A DNA stretch of 63,634 nt, the filler included, from Cercozoa sp. M6MM (taxonomy: Eukaryota; Protista; Endomyxa: Ascetosporea), in NCBI GenBank assembly GCA_040357565.1. It is 12 parts of 12 records of this genome, joined end to end, with 100 filler letters (N's around TTAATTAATTAA, not from the genome) between each part and the next. Parts side by side here need not be neighbours in the genome. Positions count along the whole stretch, not along the records: positions 50,038 to 54,023 come from JBDODJ010001251.1; positions 54,124 to 57,273 come from JBDODJ010001586.1; positions 57,374 to 63,634 come from JBDODJ010000763.1; 9 more parts are not named here. One strand, given 5' to 3'. Below are positions 51,383 through 63,634 of the stretch, piece by piece. A model generated the notes under the pieces. That model saw only the letters and a list, made by a program, of their open reading frames with translations, searched no databases and had not been told where the DNA came from. Both the position numbers and the translations under genes were made by a program. Positions within the stretch are counted from its first letter, which is position 1. Each line of letters opens with the position of its first letter.

Positions 51383-52421
51383 GGTACACATAGTACAAAG
51401 TACCCGTAAGTTTAATCGGCATTACGTGAATTTACAGTGCACGTTCTAATCAGGATATTTTGCGTTGCATTAGTTAGTTAGTTGAGACTGCACAGTCTGT
51501 GGTGGAGAGCAGCAGCCACAAACCGCAAGATCACCGACACTAAACTGAGTGAAATCCCACAAAGAAGGAGAAACATCCTCGGCACGAACAGACCCAGAGA
51601 ACACGAATGGTCGATACGGAAGACAGACGCTGAACGCCACAAGGACAAGTGGCTCCCGAATAGAGCAGAGTACAACAAGTGTACGCAACTGTCCGAAGTC
51701 CGAGTTATTTTAATTTAATGACGCAGCAGACTCTTGGGAGATTCTTTGCAACGATTCTCCAGTGCAGCAGAATTGCTCGTCGACATCGCTGGTAGCGGTG
51801 CTGGTTGTTCTTGCGCGGTGTTTATCTGCTTGTTGAGCTTTGCTTCTGCACGACGTGGCGGGGGGGGGGGGGGGGACAGACAAAATGAGTGGGTGCTTTG
51901 TCTCTGGTATTTTACAATTGTCGTTGTGGTTTTAAGTTTCTTTGCCGTCGATGTGGTGCAGGTACTGCTCTATGAATAGACAATCCTTTTCCGGTTTTGC
52001 TACAGCGTATCGATCAACAAGGGATGCGGTGTTTTTCTTCTGTCTTCTGGCAATCAAAGCTCCGAGAAACGCAGAACAGAACTGCATACGATGAGCCGGA
52101 ACATTCGGCTCTGTCTTAAATCAGATCGAAACGGGCTGCGATTGAAACTCTGGATAGCCTTTAGTGCATTGGAGAACGTGCGAAGTAGATTCAGGTAGCA
52201 CTGGATCACCGTTTTGCACGTCAGAGTGCATGGAAGGTTTTTTCGGGTCGCACATGCGCTGCATCTGCTGTCTTTGTGCTACGACCTCTGTCGAAGTGTG
52301 TGCAAATGCGCTGATCGCATTGTTTGGGTGTTTCGAGTGGGTTTTCTGATGCGACTTGTCCATTTGTGTCATTTTCGCAATTCGCTTCCGGCGACTTTTT
52401 ATTTTGCTCTGTGCTGTGCAG

Positions 52422-53943
52422 ATGAGTTCGCGTCTGTGTCCCTTTGTTCGGAAGAACCTGTCGCGCGCTGGCGCAGTCAAGGACACGATTCCAGAACTGC
52501 TGCAGAACTTTTCGGGCGTATGTCCGTACCTGGGCGACATGAAGGCGCGCCAGGCCGGCGAAGGCGACGCCAAGAAGTGCGCCTTCGCGCGCAACGCCGA
52601 AAGCATCGAGGCGGCCATGGTGTGTTGTTCAATAGATATAGATAGATATCGAGGTATGTTTGTAAGCAGGCGCAAGCCGATCGCGTGGTTGATGAGCACG
52701 CAGCGCAGGCGCCTTCGATGGCACTGCCGCCGTGCATGCGTAAGCTGTGCGGCAGCGCCAGTGGGCAGATGGACCCGCTCACGCTGCCGCAGCGCTTCAA
52801 GCAGTCGGGGTCGCAGGCGCCGATGAGTCAGGCGCGTCGCGACATGGCGGCAGCGTGCGAGCGGCACCTCGAGCAGCGCCGGCAGGACGGCACCTACCGC
52901 GTGTTCTTCGAGATGGCGCGCGATGCTGAGCAGTTCCCGCGCACGCGTTGCGAAGGCGATACACTGGCGCGCTACGAGGAGGCGCAACACGTCACTAACT
53001 GGTACTGCCTTGTCCCTGCTCTCCGCCTACTCTACGGTGTGTCTACTCTCTCTGGTGTGTGTGTGCGTGCAGGTGCAGCAACGACTATCTCGGCATGGGC
53101 GTGCATCCGGAGGTGATGCAGGCGGCCGTCAAGACGGTGATGTCAGTGGGCGCTGGTGCTGGCGGCACACGCAACATTGCCGGCACGCACCCATACATTG
53201 CGCGTCTTGAGGAGGAACTGGCCGACCTGCACGACAAAGGCTCGGCCCTGGCCTTCTCATCGTGCTTTGTGGCCAACGAGGAGGTGCTCAGCACGCTGCC
53301 GAGTGTGCTGCCCGGCCTGCAGTTCTTCTCGGACTCGCTCAACCACCGCAGCATGATCGACGGCGTGCGCAAGGCCGCGCTCGTCGACAAGACCTGCCAG
53401 AAGCAGGTGTTCCGACACAACGACTTGGCGCATCTCGAGCAGCTGCTGGCCGCCGCCGATCCCAACAAGCCCAAGCTCATCGTGTTCGAGTCGGTAGTCC
53501 TCTGTCTTAAGCCCCCCCCCCCTGGCTTCCCCCTGGCACTGTGTATATCTGTGTGTGTCCCAACAGGTCTACTCGATGGACGGCGACATAGCACCGATCG
53601 CGGAGATCTGCGACTTGGCCGAGAAGTACGACGCATTGACGTTTATCGACGAGGTGCATGCCGTGGGACTATACGGCCGGCGCGGTGGCGGCGTGGCCGA
53701 GCTGTGGGGCCTCGCCGACCGCGTGGACTTTGTGAGCGGCACACTCGGCAAGGCCTTTGGCGTCGTGGGCGGCTACGTGGCCGGCGACGCCGCCGTCATG
53801 GACTGTCTGCGTCTCAATGCGGCCGGCTTCATCTTCACGACGACGGTGCCGCCGCACGTGTCGGCCGCGGCGCTGCGCAGCGTGCAGATCCTCAAGTCGC
53901 ACGAGGGTGTCGCTCTGCGCCGGCAGCACCAGCTGCACTCGCT
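52422..53943 (+). CDS. ALAS: 5-aminolevulinate synthase (mitochondrial, C4 pathway), 3'-truncated
   Basis: N-terminal CP heme-regulatory motifs (CPFV, CPYL); DGTYRVF; [13 protein letters not shown]; [13 protein letters not shown]; FSSCFVANE; FRHND; FES/VYSMDG; [10 protein letters not shown]; PLP lysine in GTLGKAFG. Confidence 0.97.
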
Positions 53944-53968
53944 GTACCCTCTCTTATACCTGCTTGAT

Positions 53969-54023
<55 letters not shown>

Positions 54024-54123
54024 NNNNNNNNNNNNNNNNNNNNNNNNNNNNNNNNNNNNNNNNNNNNTTAATTAATTAANNNNNNNNNNNNNNNNNNNNN
54101 NNNNNNNNNNNNNNNNNNNNNNN

Positions 54124-57100
54124 TTCGTCCAGTCGGTCGGCGAGTTGAAGGTGTGTAAACTTTACCCCCCTCCCCCCCCCTTTTACCCCCCCCCCGGTAT
54201 AGATCGAAGCCTTGTACAACAAGATCGCCATGCGACTGGCCGACAAAGAGCGTCCGCCCTTCCAGCCCAAGCAGATCGACATGTGCCCCTCCTTTACCCC
54301 TTGCCGCTTCCCCTTTACCCCCTTCCCCTTCCCCTTTACCCCCTCCCCTATTCAGGTCGACCCTGGCGGCGGAGATGGCGCAGCTCAGCGATGCCGAGAA
54401 GGAACGTGTGCAGGTAGGCTTTTTGTCCCTTAATTAAAGGTGTGTACCACCATGTGGACTGTCTGTGTGGACTGTCCATATGTACTGTTCTTGTGGACTG
54501 TCCATATGTACTGTCCATATGTACCAACCAGGCACTGAACGAGGAGCTGAACCGACAGCTCAAACTGGTCGAACTGAACAAGGCGCACACCACGCAGACC
54601 GAGCAGCTGGCTACCTGGGTACCTCCTGTTGTTCATATGGACTAGTCCATATGTGTACATATGGACAAATTAAGGGTGCCGACAAGGAGGCCTACCTGTC
54701 CAAAAAGGAGGAGGTGACCTCGTCGGCGCAGGCCAACTTCCTCATCAATGTGCTCAAGGTAGTGTCTTTACCTCCCTACCCCACGCCCTTTACCCACCCT
54801 TCCCAGGCCTACAAGGTCGAAAGCGACGCCGTGGCTGCTTCGCTCGTGCCCGATCTGACCGTATCCTTTTTACCCCCCCCCCCCTACCCCTTCACCCCCC
54901 CCCATACCCCTTCACCCCCTTCCCGACACAGCAAGTGGGCGCCACGTTGGCCGCCGAGAAATACGAGAATCAGTCGCTAGTCGCTCAACGGTATTTGTTG
55001 GCGCTTTACCCCCCTGTTTCCCCCTTTACCCCCCCCCCCCTAATCCCCGGGTAGTGAGAGCCAGGTGGCCGAGATGATGCAGAAACTCGCGCAGCTGGCC
55101 GAACAAAAAATGGCCGTACTCGAGGACGACCTGGCACGCGAACTGGTACGCAAACATCCTTGTTCATGACTACCTTGTTCATGACTACCTTGTTCGAACA
55201 AGCGTGTTTAAAACAACCTTGTTCGTGTTGTCGTTAGGTGCGCGAGGCGACAGAACTAAAGCACAAGCAGTTCCTGCAGGCGTTGGCCAAGTTGCAGGTA
55301 TACCTTCCCTCCTTTACTCCCTTATCCCCTTTACCCCTTATCCCTCTTTACCCCTTACCCCTTTACCCCTACCTTACCCCCCTCCTGGCAGGAGGTGTTC
55401 CAGCAAAAGGCGGACGTATTCGCGGCGCGTCCGCAGTCCGACACGGTAGCGCACCCTTAAGTAACAGTCGTCCTGGGCCATATGGACTGGTCCTAATATC
55501 TGGTCCAACTGTACCGGTGTTTGGTCCAATTGTACCAGTCCAATTGTACAACAGGTGGCCGCCGCGCTGTACGAGATCGCTGAACTCGCAAACGAGAGCA
55601 CCGACCTGGACAACACGGTAGCCACTTTTGAGAATTAATTAAGGCTGCAATATGTGGTCTAAATGGACGGTACAAATGGATGGTACGAATTCTACCTTTG
55701 TCCAGGTGGACTCGCAAGACGGCATCGACACTTTGGCCGGCGAGATTCTCGCTGCCGCCTACTCGGGCCTGACGCACTACGAGTTCCCCGACAAGCCTGC
55801 CGTTACTGGTACCACTCGCATTACCCCCTTAACCCCTTACCCCCCTTAACCCTCCCCCCTTAACCTTTCCCACAGAGGCCGTGGTGTCGATGAAGACGAA
55901 ATTCACCGATTTGAAAAACGCGGCCGCTGAGAAAAAGAGCGTTCTCGAGAGCGACTTGGAGCGGTACCCCTACCTCCGTCTTTACCCCCTACCTCCCCCN
56001 NNNNNNNNNNNNNNNNNNNNNNNNNNNNNNNNNNNNNNNNNNNNNNNNNNNNNNNNNNNNNNNNNNNNNNNNNNNNNNNNNNNNNNNNNNNNNNNNNNNC
56101 CCTAGGCCAAGTCGGTGGCGCTGACGACGTTCGGCTACGGTCTGCTGGAGGTGGAGGCCTTCGCGGCCACACTGGACGCCGAGGATGCCAAGGTGTCGGC
56201 ACAGGCCGCCTGCAAGCTCGCCGAGGCACAGGCTGGTACCAGGGGTGTAGGGGGGTAGAGAGGGTAGATGGGGTAAGGAGGGGAAAGATGGGGTAAGGAG
56301 GGGAGATAGGGGGGTAAAGAGGGGGTAAACACTCGCATGCAGCCTACGACGCTGGCGAGGCGCTGAATTTTGTGCCGCAACTCTTCACAGAGGCCACGAT
56401 GGACTCGCTCGCTCAGGAGAAGGTACTGTAGCCGCACTGGCCCTTTAACGGACCTTGAGTCCAAATCTACATTAGTACAACTGTCTACACTGGTACAAAT
56501 GTGGTCTACACTGGTACAAATGTACACAGGCTGCGTTGGACGCGGCCGTGTCAGAGCGTCGCGCCAAGTACGACGCCGTGCTGGCCGACCTGCGTCGCAA
56601 GGTGTCTTCCTTCTCTCCTGATTGATCGATTAGTGATCGTATATGATCGATCAGTGATTATATGTGATCGGTTAATGATCATATGTGATCGATCAGTGAT
56701 CATGTGGGATTGATTGCTCTTTTTTGCGAAGGACGGCATCTGCAAGGCGTTCGCCGACGTGGCCGAACCCTTCGTTGCCAAGCTGGCGTCGCTCAAGGAG
56801 GTTTGCCCCCCTCCCCCTGCCCCCTGTCACCCCTCCTTTACTCCCCCCTCTTACCCCTCCCCCCCCCCCCCGTGCACAGGAAGTGACGGCGTCGCAAGCT
56901 GACTTGGAGACGCAGTTGGCGCAGGTATCTTTTGCCCCCCCCCCCCCGAACACATTTACCCCCCCCCCCCCCTCGGACAGGTGCAAGAGAAGCAAGCGGC
57001 GCAGTCGTTCGACGCTGAGATCACTGCCATCGCCGAGGCCGATGCGGTACCCTTAACCAATAATAAAGCACCCCCTTAACCAACGTACACGCTGCCCCTT

Positions 57101-57235
57101 AACTAATAAAACAGGCCGTTCAAGCCGAGTCGATCTCGTACAACCGACACACGCTGCTGAACCGCAATGCCGTCGAAATCCAGCGCACCGATTACGCCGC
57201 CTTTTTGGCCGCCAAGCACGACAGCATCGCTGCCG
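54124..57235 (+). CDS. Alpha-actinin-like spectrin-repeat protein (rod region), truncated at both ends, at least 20 introns
   Basis: IEALYNKIAMRLADKERPPFQP (cf. actinin [22 protein letters not shown]), W/GADKEAYL, CKAFADVAEPF, LETQL, ISYNRHTLL (cf. IFDNKHTNY). Confidence 0.85.
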
Positions 57236-57975
57236 GTAGCTGCTTTACCTCCTTGCCCCCTGCCCCTGCCCCGNNNNNNNNNNNNNNNNNNNNNNNNNNN
57301 NNNNNNNNNNNNNNNNNTTAATTAATTAANNNNNNNNNNNNNNNNNNNNNNNNNNNNNNNNNNNNNNNNNNNNCAAAGTCACACATTCTACACGCTAGTG
57401 CTGCCAACTGCTTTAACTAGGCTCCTGAGCTTCAGCTTTTTAATCCTTTCAACGATGTTGTTATTCTTCGTGCTGCGGTGCAGCTATTGTGGGTACAATT
57501 GTAGTTCTCGGGCGATGGCAGCGACACGTTTCACACGCGGGTACTTGCGCGCTGCCAGGCCAGTGCCACCCGCGGTAGTGACCAGAGCCAGTGTGACCAG
57601 AGCCAGTGTGCTCATCTAGGTTCTCAGTAGCTGTGGTCGTGTAAATTGCNNNNNNNNNNNNNNNNNNNNNNNNNNNNNNNNNNNNNNNNNNNNNNNNNNN
57701 NNNNNNNNNNNNNNNNNNNNNNNNNNNNNNNNNNNNNNNNNNNNNNNNNGGGTATCATGCAGACTCGGAGGGCAACGCGCTGGAGTATCTCTGGTTTGTT
57801 CCTCGCTGTTGCCGTCCTCCAGCATGACGGTCACTGACGGCTTCGATTACCCTGACTGTAACGAATTCGAAATTTACCAACACCTGGTACGGTAACAACC
57901 TAAGCAAAGCTGCGGGGACCGCCAAAACCGAACAAATTACGCTACGCTAGCGCTCAGCACTCGGCCGCCCATCAA

Positions 57976-63296
<5,321 letters not shown>

Positions 63297-63470
63297 TTTA
63301 GTATCAGCACATGCGTGCACACAGTGAATACGCTCACAGCGGATTTCACTCTTTTAAGCAACATTATTATCTTCTTGTTGCCGTGCACGTGGCCAACTCA
63401 GCTGATGACTCGAGTCGGAACTGCGCCAGACAAAATATTTTAATGTGCATGCACCGGTACGACTTTTAAC

Positions 63471-63516
63471 TTAGTCGAGAAGCGTTTGGTAGTGCGTGAG
63501 CAGCTCCTGGTTGATT
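63471..63516 (-). CDS. Possible terminal exon of a gene outside the window
   Basis: After a (TG)n tract and the acceptor ttctgttcag: INQELLTHYQTLLD*. Confidence 0.35.
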
Positions 63517-63528
63517 CTGAACAGAAGA

Positions 63529-63634
<106 letters not shown>

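Noticed and set aside
52422-53943. Non-standard genetic code or non-GT-AG introns
   Set aside because: Every conserved gene I spliced reads through with GT-AG introns and the standard code; TAA, TAG and TGA all serve as stops.

Overview
This window is eukaryotic DNA, not one continuous locus. Eleven artificial 100-nt linkers (N44-TTAATTAATTAA-N44) join 12 assembly contigs, and there are several further N gaps, so adjacency across a linker means nothing. The source is a gene-dense, very intron-rich genome, probably a protist. Exons are short, introns are GT-AG and filled with micro/minisatellites, and the standard genetic code fits everywhere I checked. Most entries in the six-frame ORF track are therefore artefacts, and I rebuilt gene models by hand-splicing. 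Identifications come from remembered family motifs, not database searches. Recognisable genes: Nup96 C-terminus, Vac14, NDRG-like, EBP-like, SERHL-like hydrolase, DNA2, SAMHD1-like dNTPase, exportin-4-like, DHHC palmitoyltransferase, C2H2 zinc-finger, cytochrome b561-like, PITP, a J-domain protein, a SET methyltransferase, ALAS, an alpha-actinin-like protein and a tandem-BRCT protein. There is also a decayed CARNMT1-like pseudogene and a Ty3/Gypsy LTR retrotransposon with a 5' LTR, a PBS and an uninterrupted gag-pol ORF. I see no clear new multi-gene system. The best leads are: (i) very degenerate 5' splice sites (strong exonic -1G, weak +4A/+5G); (ii) introns built from local direct and inverted templated repeats, including an exact 47-nt inverted repeat flanking a Nup96 exon; (iii) a head-to-head DNA2/SAMHD1-like pair, where the dNTPase has a PIP box and both genes carry a similar E2F-like palindrome just after the ATG.
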